In this document: one piece after another, positions 13,678 to 28,836 of the stretch | Layout: every line of letters begins with the position of its first letter | Position numbering within the stretch: position 1 is the stretch's first letter | Assembly (NCBI GenBank): GCA_003344405.1 | Contig: NOWV01000026.1 | Coordinates: forward strand, 62,001-126,000 | From: Trichoplax sp. H2 | Taxonomy: Eukaryota | Direction: 5' to 3' | Length of the DNA: 64,000 nt | The notes under the pieces: model-generated | Database searches by the model: none | Told to the model about the DNA's origin: nothing | Seen by the model: the letters and a program-made list of their open reading frames with translations, nothing else | Made by a program: the position numbers and the translations under genes

Positions 13678-16600
13678 ATGTTTCAATCTGGAAATCAGTT
13701 TACTCTTACTTACTTTTTGGTATCGATTGCCTTGTATTCGATTTCAACATATGGGCAAGTAACAAATAATGCAACAATCCAAAATAATCAATCAGAAAAA
13801 TCTTGCTACGGACAAGATGGTGCAGCAATTGGGTGCTATCCACCATTTCAGAACGTTGCTCTGAATAAAACTATGTTTGCTTCTGATACATGTGGTCAAC
13901 CACCTCGTTCTTACTGTGTTCGTGATAGTGAAAATTCAAATCGCCAGTGCTTTATTTGTAACGCCAGTAATTCAGCTACAAGCCATCCAGCTCAATACTT
14001 AACTGACTCTGCACGCACATCAACATGGTGGCAATCTAATACCTACGCGATAATTGGCAATCCAAATTCAGTGGTGTTGCAGCTTTTACTGAATAAAACA
14101 TTTGATATTACTTATATTATAATTTATTTTCGTAGCATGCGTCCAGAATCGTTACAAATCGATAAAAAAACGACATTATCTTCGCCATGGCAAACTTACC
14201 AGTACTTTTCTCAATCATGCACTAAAACGTATAATTTACCAGTTAGTGAAATTCGCAAATCGACATTCGCTACAAACAAAACCAAAGTAATCTGCGTTCA
14301 AGGCAGTACGGAAATTACACCGTTCACAGGTGGTACGATTACCTTCGATGCCACAGCTGGGCGGGCCGAAACACGGGCAGATTTTCTACAAAACCCAGAG
14401 TTGTCTGATTGGGTAACTGTTTCAGCGTTAAAAATCGAATTACGTCGATTAAATACTTTTGGTGATGATAATTTTGGCGATGAAAATAGCTATTTCTACG
14501 CAATATCTGACATTGTAGTCGGCGGAAGATGTAAGTGTAACGGTCACGGCGCTTCATGCTATTACGATAATAGTAATACATTAACTTGCAGATGTCAGCA
14601 TAATACTCAAGGCAGAGACTGCCAAAGCTGCCAAAGTAAATTTAATGATCGACCATGGGCCGCCGCAACAGATTCGGAAGCTAACGAATGTATTGGTAAG
14701 TGTTTTACGTACACCCACATATATCATCATAAATCTGATAAATATTGTAGCTGATTACATTATGGGCAATCATTTAAAATGTAATTGATTAAATGATAAT
14801 AACACGTTGTCCCAAATTTACTAGCAAAGTGAAGCTATCACTATTTTGTAGATAAGGTCGTTAATAGTATTTAATAAATTAAATATTAAAAGCTTAGCTA
14901 GAATTTTCACCCTAAGAACTTGCTCGTAACTAATAATTTTTTTAAACCAAAGAGTGTAAATGCTATGGTTTAGCTGAAAGTTGTAACTTCAACCGAACGT
15001 TATACGAATCTACGGGTAGTGGTGGAATATGTGTTGGGTGTCGAAATGGCGCAACAGGCATAAATTGTCAAAAGTGTCTATCTGCATACTATCCTATTGA
15101 TAGAAATGACCCATCGAAAGGTACTTTTGAAATTATTATTAACAAACGTATCAAAAATTAAAATTGATCACGGTGTAACTTATGTCATTATTCATTTATA
15201 ATCGTTTAGCATATTACCGATAGATCCTAAAAATTTGTACTAGCAGGGATCATATTTTGATTAATCTCACTTGTTATTAGTAAAGATATAAAAGACTAAG
15301 GTTTTTTATTCCAATGTAGGATGCCAAAATTGCAGTTGCAATGCCGTTGGGTCTCTCAATTCTGTATGTGATTCGATGGGACGATGTCGCTGTAAACCCG
15401 GTGTAGCTGGCGATAAATGTGATCGCTGTCAAGCTTTTTATTACAATTTTACATCAGCGGGCTGTAGGTAATTTATGTGTATAAATGTACTACAGTGCTT
15501 GGTAATATCAAACAAATAAAGAGGAACAATTTCATTTACATACATTAAAATAGAATTCAGAACTGTTATTGTAATATTATAAATAAATTATTAACTTTCC
15601 TCTTATTCTTAGCTCATGTGATTGTTCAGAAGCTGGGACCAGGGCAGATAGTAGTGATTGCGATAAAATCACAGGCCAATGCCAATGCAAAGTTAACGTT
15701 ATTGGAAAACAATGTGATAGATGCATCACCTCACATTTTGCTCTCTCGGTTGATAATCCTGAAGGTTGTCAGAGATGTTTTTGTTTTCAGCATGGTACTG
15801 AATGTCTCTCAGCCTCCAATTACAAACAAAGTATGATCAAATCTGATTTTCAGCAAGGGTTTGATGGCTGGCGAATAACGGATGATACAGGAAGAATCAT
15901 CGTAGGAGATTTTCTAGCATTTAACTGGACGATAGGATCAGTCTCAGCTACAGTCGTTAGAGCTGATTCGCCTTTAGCTTACTTTTATGCTCCTCTAAAA
16001 TTTCGCGGCGATCAGCGTTACTCCTACGGTAAAAGTTTAAGAATTAGCATCAGTGCAACTGCCCCTAACACCACTTCCTTCATTCTAACATCACTAGATG
16101 TTCAGATATTAGGAGGTATCGGGAATTCCAAGCGCCTTGTTTCTTCATCATTAAGCAGAGTCAACCAAAGTCAAATATTACCTTCTAATCAAATAAGATG
16201 GTATGATTTACGATTGCATGAAGGTCCGACATACGGTTGGTCTCCATCCTTATCGTCCATCGAATTTCAAAGTATTTTATACAATATCGAACAAGTTATC
16301 ATTATTGCCAAATTTTCTGGTCTTCTTAATTCCGTAGTCAGACTACATAATGTAACACTACAATCAGCAGAATTAATCAATAATCAAGAACTTTCCTCAT
16401 CATACATATTAGCTAATTACGTGGAGGAATGTACCTGTGCAAAGCCTTATGGAGGCTTGTCCTGTCAATTATGTGCAGATGGTTACAGGCGTGATCAATT
16501 TGGTGGAACGGTTTATACGGAGTGTGTTCCTTGTCAATGTAACAATCAAGCTGCAACATGCAATACGACTATGTGTCACTGCCTCAACCATACAGCCGGA

Positions 16601-19600
16601 ACATTTTGTGAGAATTGCCAATCAGGCTATTACGGTGAGGCCACAGATGGTGGTTTCTGTAGTCGTTGTCCATCAGTGTGCAACCTTAGTAAAGTGGGAG
16701 CGGGTGGTGAATGCTTGAAAGACGATCAGAATAAAATCATTTGTACTAACTGTCGTAGAGGATATGCTTATCCGCAATGCATACACTGTAGCGACGGTTA
16801 CTATGGCGATCCTGCCGGTATTCGCGGCGTAGTAACTCCATGTCAACAATGTCAATGTAATGGTAATATTGATCCGAATGCTGTAGGAAATTGCAACAGA
16901 ACTACAGGAGAGTGTTACAAGTGCATTTATAATACTGAAGGATTTTATTGTCAACAGTGTCTGATTAATTATTACGGAAATGCTCTGTCACCCCTTAAAG
17001 GAAAACAATGTAAAGGTATCGCGTAGCCTAAAAATAATGATTTACAGTTTACAGTTACATACAGCAGAGTAATGTATGGGTATTTTGTTTGAGTACTGCA
17101 GTATTAAAACCCCATTATGGGATTACATACGAGCATATGCACATATAATCCATTATATATACATATATATCACATGCATGAAATAGCTTAGTCTGGATGC
17201 ACGTTAAAAATGACTTATAATTAATTAGTTAATAACGATTATAATCTTTGCCAATTCTAATTTATTTAGCCTGCAATTGTCATCCCTTTGGCACTAATTC
17301 ATTCAGAAATGCTACTTCACCGTGCAACAGAATTACGGGACAGTGCTCTTGTCGGAAAAATGTAATAAACCGAGACTGTAGCCAATGCAAGGCTAACTTC
17401 TGGGGGATTAATTCAGGAGAAGGGTGTATCTCTTGTAAGAATTGCAGCAAAACAGGATCTGTAGGTTGCGATCAAATAACGGGTGACTGTCTTTGTAAGC
17501 CAAATGTTGGGGGCGAGCTGTGTGATAGATGTCTACATGGTTTTTATAATTTTTCCATTGAAGGATGCACAGGTAAAAAATTTATACGATTGTAGTATAC
17601 CATTCTATTGTAGACCTGTTCTACGGTTCGTTAACAATTAGCTAGCTCATATTGATACTATTCTGCTACGGTACTGAGTATTCATTATCTCAGTATGTTA
17701 CAAATCGAAATTTGTAACAAGAAAAAAAGATTAAAACTATTATAGAAACTATACACTATGAGTCTACAGTACTGTTAGGTTAGTCCTCCCTGACATTAAC
17801 ATACAGTACGGCTCGAGGTACGGACGATCTCTGATCGTCAGGAGCAACAGCAATAACACAACATTAGCCTATCTTAAATTAAACGTAACTGAACTCAAAC
17901 TTTTTTGAAAAGTCAGTCAATTTATATAGAAAATCTACGTAAACATTAATTATAAGTTTTGTTATGTATCCAGCTGAAGTACGGTTTCTAACGTCTTGTC
18001 TTTAATTTACTATCTAACATATAACAAGTTTATAGATAATATAAAACTATGCAGTTATCTATTGAAAATAAGTAAAAAAGTCATAGATAAATTATTTACA
18101 TTACGCTATGTTACGGCAGCTACGCAAAAAATTACTCCGTAACACAAGACATTGGCAACTTTTACACTAATAATGTTGACTTTTCAAGCTTGTAGATGCG
18201 ATCCCTTTGGAATTTATAATACTTCAAATGGAAGACAGTGTTTCGAGAACGGAACATGTACTTGCCGATCGACCACCATTATAGGCGAGAAGTGTGATCA
18301 GTGTGTAATTAATCATCATTCTTTGCGAGTCTATTCGCCACAACAGCCTTGTCAAGGTAGAAATACGTATACGAATATTCGAATTTTTATAGTATTTCTT
18401 TTCTTGTAATATTCTTAATTGAATGTATTAATCTTGCAATAATTAAGTAACATTGTATGGGTATATCCCGTATACTAAAGCATGCTGAAGATATGCTTTA
18501 ATATAGTATATTTTTACTGCGTAAAATACTAGAATGCGATCAATGCTATGGTCAATTCGTAAAAACTTATGTCAACCAGCGGAGAACAGAGTTGCTAAAT
18601 CTTCAAGAAATTATCGCTGTTTTATTATACAATCCTACATCATTAATTAACGTCACCCAGTTCGAAATTAGAGTCGAAGCAGCTAATGGCAGCATTCAAC
18701 AGTTATTAAACGCGATGCAGGTAGTCGTTCAACAAGATATCCAAATGTACACAACGTAAGTGAATGCTGTACTAGTTTCAGCAATTGTGAGCTTAGTAAT
18801 TCAGACTCGTCTTTAGACTCTGAAAGTAACAGGTTTTATTTAGGTTATTCTTCGAGAACTGCACGCAGAGGCTAGTAATAGAACTGGTCTTATAACATAG
18901 ATAACCCGTCTTATATACCGTAGACCAGAGACGCTTATCTTATCAATTAGCTCGTACTGTACCGTATACTGACTGAATCACTTGCACAATTAGCGATCAT
19001 ATTATAAATACTGCCGTGTATGCAGGTATTTTTGTGTTTATTTAATTTACGTAAAATTGTTCATCGAGCTATATAATTAATTTCTTTTTGATCTGGCTAG
19101 CATATAGTGTAGCCAATCTATCTATTATTATATTTAAATAGGTAATATTATATGAAATTCACTTGCAGATTAAGCAAAATCCAGAACACGACTAATATTG
19201 TAAAAGATCGTACAGCGAAAACTCTGGAAGATGTAGCAGTAACCGAAAATAAAATAAAAGTCATTCATGACGACCGAAATATGGTGCTGACAAGGTTTTC
19301 CACAATTAGTCAAATGATAGATAACAATTCGGCCTTACTTTTATCCAATACTTCGTATCTAATGGATACTATGAGACAGCTAAGTACTAGTAGTGCTAAC
19401 CTGACGGAGATAACAAACTTGGCTAAAAAAGCGAAAGAAATATTATATACGAACGAAAAGACAGTTAACAGAATCGAACAACAAACACGAATCATAGAAG
19501 CAAATATTAACACCGGAGAAACTCGTATTAATGAGACCAATAAATTACAAAGTAACATTATAGCTGAAGTCGATACGCGAAACAATAGCATGATAAGTCT

Positions 19601-20838
19601 AGCATCTAAGACAAATGATGATCGAAATAAGGCGGAAATTGCCTATAATACTTCAAGCGCTGCCTTAAATATCGCACGAAATCATCAAGTAACTTTGGCT
19701 TCTATAAAAATTCTAGCCAACGTCTCAACTATCGAAGAACAGCTACGAATTGACAATATCTTACTCTCCGATTTACGGCGAAATAGATCAACAATTTTCA
19801 GTACGGCTTACGATTCCAATATCACTGAAGAAGTTCATAGAAAAACAGATCGGATTAATTTCAAATTAGATGAATCAACTATGATGCTATCTAGACTAGC
19901 GTATATATTAGCGCTGAGTGACAAAACATATTACGACATCTTAAAGACTGCAAAAGACAGTAATGTCACTGTAGATAAGGTAAGAGGAGTGATTGCCCTC
20001 TTAGAAAGTGCAGCAACTGGTTTACAAGTTAATATATCACTAGCTCTAGAAAACATACCAGAACTAGCAACAACTGTCGGTATAGCGGAGAAAGAAATTA
20101 GCTCAATACAAAATGGGTTAGTACAAGCATATGATTACTTAGACCAATCTATGCGGAGAATACAAGCAACAGTAGAGATAATTGCTCGAGAAAATCAGGT
20201 ATTTATATGTCGCATTATTTTCATAATCTTCACGATTATATTTTTCGTCGATATCTCATTTAATCGTGCTATTTATAAAATGTATTAACAAATTCATTTT
20301 TTATGTATAGACAACCGTCAGTTATGAGCCTGGTGCTTCCTCAGTGTTAAGTAATACGTCTGAATTAAGAACAAAACTCGATAAGTTAACTGGCGAAATT
20401 CGGAAACTAGCAGATCAGATCAGTCAGTTAAGAGCTAGTCAAGCATCCAAACAAGAAGAAGTAGAAGAAATTATTCGAGGGTGTAACGCTGATAGTCAAC
20501 AAAAGAGAGAATTAGATAACCGTTTAATATCTGGCAATCACGAGTTAGACGATATCGAAAAAAATTTAGCAATAGCTGATAACTGGAATAGCTCCAATTT
20601 AAAGGACTATTTGCAACGCATTAATACATTATCTCAACAACTAACTAGGGCAGATGCACGTATTCAAACTTTAAGCCAAGAAAAAGATAGGTTAGATGCC
20701 ATTACAGAAAGAGCGTTTGTTTCGCTAGCAGAGCTGCGTATACATTACCAAGCCATTAATCAAGCTCAAGCTTCATTATCTCCTATCTGTATTAACTTTC
20801 CTATCATTGCTGAAGATCGTCAGGTTCAGGGCCAATAA
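13678..20838 (+). CDS. LAMC1: Laminin gamma chain (signal peptide, LN, LE1-5, L4/laminin B, LE6-11, coiled coil); about 9 coding exons
   Basis: LN domain (TWWQS...FYAISDIVVGGRCKCNGH), LE repeats, L4 domain (YFYAPLKFRGDQRYSYG), nidogen-binding motif NIDPNAVGNC, ECDQCY transition into roughly 590 aa of heptad-rich sequence, and a C-terminal Cys. The symbol indicates gamma-1-like character, not proven orthology. Confidence 0.88.
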
Positions 20839-22369
20839 AACACCTGCTGACTTGCTGCATAATTCAAATATGCAAGTCCTCTTATTTTAGATGACGAAAT
20901 GTGAGTCGCAAATTATCTGATGTATTTGCCTCTGCAATATTCAATTAGCTTGATAATTGAAATAAAATGAGTATATCGGTAGTAGGTTATATAGGATGCT
21001 TTCTTATGTGTTAATGTTATTCACGCGTACGAATGCAGCTGAACATTTCAGTAGTTGCGCGTACTTATACTTATGCCTAAAGTCTATCTTAATCGTTACG
21101 GTTATGGAATCACGAACATACAAATAAATAACAGCTCGGGTACGATAGCTGGAACGTGGTTATGACAGTAATGACAGATACGAGATAATTAGGTCGTTCC
21201 ATAATATTGTTATTATATAGTGTAACTCAAGTACTTTGAATTCGTTATATTATGTTCCTGGTATTTTAGTAAAATCTTACATTTGCCTATGGTGTGTTAT
21301 CTAAGATCTATAAACTTACCAAAATATCTACAATCATGTGGAAATCAGATTAAGGTCTCCCTCTAATGGAAAGTCTTTAGGTATATCTGATTTGAGCACG
21401 ATTGTGATAATAATATGATTTAATCCCTGCTACTAATTGCTTAATTACAGTATAACATATACATTACTTAGACGAAATTTTAAATTTATAATTCTCTTTA
21501 TTATCTAATAAAATAACATTTAATGACACTTAGATATTTATCCAGCGATAAATTACAATTAAACTCATCGAATAATTTCAATTTTCTTTATATCAATTAA
21601 GGAAGGGTTACATTTAATTTTACAAGTTTCTATTGGTTAATCGTTTTTATAGTTCTATTATTTTATATAGGCTTACTAGAAGATTGGATTACAGAGATCT
21701 CTACATTTCTTTAACCGTAGATGTGAAATATTACTATTGTTTTTATTTTTGGGGGATAATTATAATTAAATGTAATAATCATATATGAATATACATCATT
21801 GAAAGGTTGATTATCTAATCGTTTAATTGAGAAGTAATGCAAAGTAATGATAATTAATCACAATAAATGTTTGAACCCAGTTGTATATCGGTATCTATAT
21901 CTATACTGCTAATCAAAATTATACCTGCCGTTCTTTGTGCAGTTATGGAGTACTAAAACTACAGGACGAGTCTGAGGAGACAATCTCTACGGCGAAATAA
22001 CACTCGAGTCCATTTCTTGTATTGTACGGCTTACTGTAGGCTATAAATATAAATTATTATAGAAATGCGGTAATTATAATTTCACTTTAACGTTCAAATC
22101 ATGAGCGGATATTCCTAATTTTAAAGCTTATGAAATGCGAGTTATTAATTTAATTTCTAATGGGATTATAACGGTAAAACACTAAAGGATGCTCTGCATA
22201 TATTCATTATAAGAAAGCTGAATACAGTAATGGTTAGCAGCGTTGAACGGTATTTTTAAAAACATCGATCTTGGTCATAGGGCTCTTTTCGTCCGAATGC
22301 CATATTAAATGTTTAGTCCAATGTTGGATTTAAGCACCTAGCTAGGCACCTTAATAAGCTTTAGCATTT

Positions 22370-22685
22370 CACATACTGTATACTGTACGCGTTGATGCTC
22401 ACTACGGTAATGTACTGTACTGTACTGTATTTGAACCTGGTAATTAACAGACAGTACAGTACAGTACAGTACGGTACAGTATATTGTATGGTATTACTAT
22501 AGTGAACCGTTCATTAATAATACAGTACTGCACTGTACATACAGTACATTAATATTTCATTGCCCGCCACCTTTGCTGGGGGAACTCAAACCTAGCAGTA
22601 CTGCACTGTACAGTACAGTACATTACAGTACGTACAGTATAGTATTTTGAGTATCTAACATACTGTACTGTAGTACTTACTGCAT
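22370..22685. repeat. (ACTGT)n/(ACAGT)n array upstream of POLR3H
   Basis: tgtactgtactgtactgta ... cagtacagtacagtacagtacggtacagta, ending about 75 bp before the ATG. Confidence 0.85.
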
Positions 22686-22756
22686 AATAATAATAATAAT
22701 TTTACCTCTATGATTTAACATTTGGTTAAGAGCGCTGAATTGCCTTAGTTGTAAAT

Positions 22757-24622
22757 ATGTTTGTTCTGTGCTGTATGAAAGATACCATTCGGATCAAGCC
22801 ACATCTTTTTCGTCTAGATATACATTACGTCATTGAAGAACAGTTAAATAAAAAGTTTGCCAATAAGGTACCTACTTGACAGTACAGTGCTTTGAAATCA
22901 CTAACTTTTTCACAATTTGTTAGTGTCCTGCTACTTCGTAAAATGTTGCCCAAACCTGCATAATTGATGTTGTATACGTTACAGTATTCTGTAAAACGAA
23001 TAAATTTCCATCATGATTCTGCTGTTACAGTAATAGAACTTATGAATGATTATTTGAAGTAAGATAGTAATAGCGACTGGTGCTACGGTTTCTCGTAGGT
23101 TGTTCATAATGTAGGATTATGTATTGGGGTGTACGATATCCTCTCCATCAGCGATTCTTATGTTTTACCTGGTGATGGATCTTCATTTACATCAGGTAAA
23201 GCATTATATTAATTAATGATAAAATGCTCTGTAAATATCGTTATCCTTTCACTTTATTTGTTGCACGATTAGCAGGGTTTAATTCATTCATCTGAAATAG
23301 TTCGCGGAACTTGCTATGAGACATCGTAAATTCTTTCACCTTCTGTACTCGTACTTCGTACAGTTATTGTAGTATTTAAATTAACATAAACGCTCGGCAA
23401 GGCAAGAATTATAAAGATGCATAATTACACCTGTCGTTTGCAATGCACTGCGAAATGCTACGTTTGCAGATGCAATCGTGCTACTGTACAACCGGACTGT
23501 GTATTGTATATATTGTCGAAGCTTGGTATGTGATTACTAAGTATACTTTCTACTTACAGTACTTTTTATAATATAATTGATGACGGAAAATTGCAGTAAA
23601 CTGAATCGCAGCAATGCGTTTGTTTGATATTTAAATATACATATATATATGTATTAATTAATTATGCAGGTTATCCAGCGGAGGATAGGAGGTAGTTAAC
23701 TTGCTTATTTGCTTTATAGTAAAGTTTAGGTATATTGTTTTCCGCCCTTTCAAAGATGAAATTCTGGTTGGTAGGCTACGTAGCTGCAATCAGGAAGGAA
23801 TTCATGGTACATATTATATAATTTATAATTGTAAGATGACTTCTGATCTGAGCATATGCATATAAAGTGTATTGATGGTCAGTTGTACGCGTATTTTGTA
23901 GTTCAGTGAATTATTCTATAAAGCATCCTAAATATGAGTATATGAATATCAAATATATTCACTGTATGATCCTGATTAAATGGTTCAATTCAATTTAAAA
24001 AGTAAACTTGTTATGTTATTTTAGTCTCTTTGGAGTTCTTTGATGAAGTATTTATTCCTCGCGAGATGCTGCAACATCCATCCAGATTGTATCCTAATAT
24101 TTTTTCGCTTAATTTACGGCAATAATTTAGAACCTCTCTGTGTGTACACTTTAACGAAAAATCATTTTTCACTTATTAGTACTATCGCTTTCGTATTACG
24201 ATATTCTTACGTTGTTAAGTTATTGCTTAAATCGAAAATCAGCGACTACGAAGAGCAGCTATGGTTATGGGAGTATCAGACTGAAAATCGTATTCATGAC
24301 CTTTTTATGGATGTAAATAAGGAAGTTAGATTTCGCGTTGTTGACCATATCTTTGCTGATAGTGCTCCAGTATCTGATACTGCTCAAAAGGAAGATAATG
24401 AAAATGAAAGTTATGACTGTAGTAAATCGCCTTATACAATTATAGTAAGTGACTTTTCGTTCGGTATAGTGATAACTTTTAATGGATGGGAAAGCAATTC
24501 ACAAAATTCAGTTTTCGAAAATTAAGTAATATTTGAAATTTAAATTATCAAATATATTGTACTATACATAGGGCACCATCAATCATCCCGGCTTAGGTTT
24601 AGTGACTTGGTGGAACAATTGA
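22757..24622 (+). CDS. POLR3H: RNA polymerase III subunit RPC8/RPC25, 6 exons
   Basis: [18 protein letters not shown]...[21 protein letters not shown]...[63 protein letters not shown]. Confidence 0.92.
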
Positions 24623-25504
24623 TGCCGTAAATACGCTAACAAACTCTTGTGCTTCAGTCTAACTGTAGCTTGATAGAGACACTCTAATTGCTTTATGTAC
24701 TATTTCTACTCGCATGAGACTTCTATGCCCTTAAACATACCAACAATCAAATGATTTTAAACAAAGATTTTTATGCATAGTATTTTAAACATCAGCATCA
24801 GCCGTGGGGTGAACATCTTACTTTTTTTACCTAAAGATGAATTCGATCTTCGATCCTATTTACTAATCGTTTCATAACGTCATAAAATTACTGCAGCTCA
24901 TTTATAATTTGTATAATAAGATATATTACAGTATATTCTAAAGTACTACTTAGCTATTTTTTTCGAATAAATGTTATATTAAATCGATTTTAAAGCCCAA
25001 GAGAAATCGTAATAGTTAATTATTAACAACGCAATTATTCTTCCAGCGGTGGATCTTGAGGTTGGCCCGTGACACTTTGCATAAAATGCAACTTGCGCTT
25101 TGCCACTAGTTAATTGACTTTATTGAAGCTTGAACTGTACATACATTAGCAGAGTAATGTGATTGTGTAAAGCAATGCCGAAGAAGTCTTCGGACTCTCC
25201 CTTTATGAGGTTGTAGTTGTAACAGTAACGGATCGTTTTGTATCATAGTAGTGTCGTACTATACAGATATTTAAGTTTACTAAATTGCTAGACACGACAC
25301 AGGCAAGCACTTTGATAATGTAACATATTGATAATTTGTAATTTATCATTATACTGTAACTTATAACTTATCTACTATAATTATAATTATCAGACATGAA
25401 CACTACATTGCGGTTCATATTTTATTATATTAGCGTAACGATACACATTTTAATGATTATTCGCGGCACTTCCACGAGTTAATAATGAAGGTTATACATA
25501 TTAC

Positions 25505-28370
25505 TTAATATTTATATCTGATGACGGCGGAGTAGTGAATTAAGGCACCACAAGCTACGAAGGTATGCCAAATTGCATGAGCAAAGGGTATCCGACCATC
25601 GCATTTAAAAAACAGAATTCCCATTACATAAATACCTCCACCAGCAGTAAGTTCCCAAGCGCCTGAATTCTAATTTGGAACAAATAGGTATCGTAAATAT
25701 AGAAATTCACATAGGAGTAACTAACCGAAATTACATACTGAGAATTACTATATGACTTGTAGTAACGATGATACGGTAATCATATCGAGTTAGAATTTAT
25801 GATTTTTAATTCAAATCGGTAATAAATCTTACTTGATTTGCATACAAAATAGGAATGGAAGGGACAACTCCAAGAATTACGTACAGTAATGTCTCAAGCA
25901 GCTTGTATCTGTGAAGTTTAAATATCAAAATAAGGCAGGAAGTTACAAAGTTTATAACACTGCTACAAAGATTCATGGCAGCACTATTTGCTTAAACTAT
26001 ACATCATTTATTGCTGGTTCGCTTCAATCAGCAGGATGTAGACATAGAATTAATATACAGAATTACAGTGCACTATGATACGATTTTATGAATTATACCT
26101 ATCTAAAAATAAGTACGTAAACGTAATTCCAAGCATGGCCATAAGCCAAATGCAAACCAACCACTTCATCACATATGTATTACTCAAGGTTTCAGTTAAT
26201 ACAAACCTAAACGAGTGATTAAAAATCTCACCATAACCTAGATTTACTGACAGAATTATGGAAGCTGGCCTTAGAAATCGCATATCAATCATCTTACCAG
26301 GGCATGAAGCATGATGCTATAAAAGTAAATATCGTCGATCGGTCCCAGAAATGCAAGAACCGCGATATCATGCTAAAATAAATATGCATAATCTATTAGT
26401 CGGATAAATTTCGTTCAAATGATATAACCTAATAAAAACATAGTAAGAGTAAATGCAATAAATTCGTTTAGTTAGAATAGGCTACCTATTGTTCCCAAAG
26501 ATTAACGAGGAGATATGAAAGCTAGTCGAAGTAGAAAAAAGTAAGATAAGGGCCATTCCATACCACCATGCAATCCAATATTGGTTCTGAGTAGTACTTA
26601 ATGTTAGCATTTTTAAGAGGGCATAAATAGCTGGTATTATCCACACCTGAAAATATTTCGAAGTCATAACATTTTTTAAGTTAAAAAATACTATACAATC
26701 ACTAAGGTAATATTTGCGTTATTTTAGCGAAGCAAGCGTTCAGGGCTTAGACATATATATGTATTCCCAATTTTGCAAGCCTATTAGTAAATGGAGAAAA
26801 TGAAATTTCCGCAGTAGAGCAGTTCTAGTAGTAAAGGCAATAGTATTAAAATCAACTGTAGCACCATGTGTACAATCGTATATTTTACAATTAATTTCCA
26901 GAACGTCTTGAATCAAAGCAAATAACTCCGAAACGAAAGATATTTTGAGGATAGCTATTGTGCGTGTATTTCCTAGAGATGAGATATAGGTACTACGAAT
27001 TTAATTTTGATAATGACACCTGATGCAGGAACCATAGGCACTCCGACTATAGCTGTTAGAACTCATTAATTTACTTGGACAGTAACTCAAATACCAGGCT
27101 ATCGTTCGGGATAAAGGTTTTGTTTTATTCAATTTAACAAGTACAGTACAGTAACGATATTTAGTAGGACGATGATCAGATGTTAGTAATATTGTTTATT
27201 AACGCAGCGCCTGATGAGTGATGACTACTGCTAAGAATTATAACGAACTGAATAACGATTGAGTAACAACTCAACAGTAGATTAAAAGAGTTTAACTGAA
27301 CAGTCCAAAGGTCTGCAACATCTGATGAACTATGTCCCATTCCCGTTCCATCACATCGTATTATTTTCACTTCACTTCCCGTCCCATTTAAACGGTCTAG
27401 ATAAGATGCGCAGTGTACGAGCATAGTTTACAGTCAATTTACAATTTGTACACTATTGTGCAGTACGGATTCACTAACTATGGCAGCATGATAATCTATT
27501 ATGAATCTGGAATAGTAATTATATGTTATATAACTTTAACAGCAGGTCTAACATATCCCAAATAACTAATTACTGTATGCCTTTAAAAGTCATAATCTGC
27601 AAGAGGTTCATGGCCGACTTTTTCCAAATGCAGGATGCGTAAAGTAGGTACACTACCAGAGTTTCGCAATACTGTATGTCATGATCACATTTCATGACAA
27701 TACTCGTAATATTTTATCACCCTCGGGTATTACAGCATTAGCTTTAACTTAAACTCACACAAAAATCCCGTTTTAAGAACAAGAGGCCTATTATAATTAT
27801 CGTCTGGTTTAATAGGATCAGTATCGCATTAAATAAAATTATTATTTTCACGACACTATAATGTGATTCTAGCAAAATGCTCATACAGTAGTAATCTAAA
27901 TTACAGATTCCGAACGCTGACTTACCCCATGCGTTAGAATGTTTGCTGTCTGTTCGATAGTTGTTGCTTGGTAGTGACACTGGCATCCAGTAACAGGAGC
28001 ATTCATGAAACGTAACCTACAATAAGTTTCCATTATAATTATTATTAATTGATATAGTACAAGAATATCATTTTAAATAGCGGTGCTATCAGTGGCTCTT
28101 ACTGTACCGTTATACGAATATAGTGTACCGCAGGCAGCACGTCCGATTCTTTAATTTATACCACTATTTATAATTTAATTTACGTAAACTATTACTGTAA
28201 CTTCCTCTCGATTTACAGCATAACTTTTACAGCTAATCGAGTCAATATACAGTACTTACGCATATTACGGTATATAATAATAATTTAATTTAATTTTTAA
28301 TTTATCATTATAGCGACATCGACAAGTTGCTGTGGTCCAGTTACCTTTTAACAGTTACAGTCGGTCCCAT
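25505..28370 (-). CDS. MMD: Monocyte-to-macrophage differentiation factor (MMD/MMD2, PAQR/hemolysin-III family 7TM protein)
   Basis: [16 protein letters not shown]...[67 protein letters not shown]: conserved PAQR His/Asp motifs. Confidence 0.88.
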
Positions 28371-28836
28371 CTTACATGTACAATACAATTGTACATACAC
28401 TATTTATAGTACAGTACAGTACATCTACTGTACATACACGCATACAGCAGACAAGTAGGTGCTGAAATATGGATCCAATTTTTACTATAAAGAATATAAT
28501 ACAACTATAAATATTATTACTATAATTCTTAAAATGTACTTGACTTTTTACGGTATATTCAAATTTGAATTACAGTATAGCTAATTCGCTATCATCAATG
28601 ATGGACGTTAATGAAGATATTCAGTCGTAACTGTACTGTACAAGTTGTACTGTACATAGAATTAAGAGGTTTTCTTACCTCTACAGTACTGTACAGTACT
28701 GTAATTATACAAAGGACTGATTTGGTTTTTGCAAATCAGTGAGTCTGCGCTGGATACGTTTACTATACAGTACTGTATGTATGAGACTTTAACGCAGAAG
28801 CGTGAAAGATCGAGAAGATGCAGTAAAAGAAGGACC

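Noticed and set aside
24040..24525. 161-aa ORF as a separate protein
   Set aside because: Read-through of POLR3H intron 4 into exon 5; only the exon portion is coding.
27210..27300. Box C/D-like motifs (GTGATGA...CTGA) in an MMD intron
   Set aside because: Antisense to the host gene, no terminal stem and no recognisable rRNA guide sequence.
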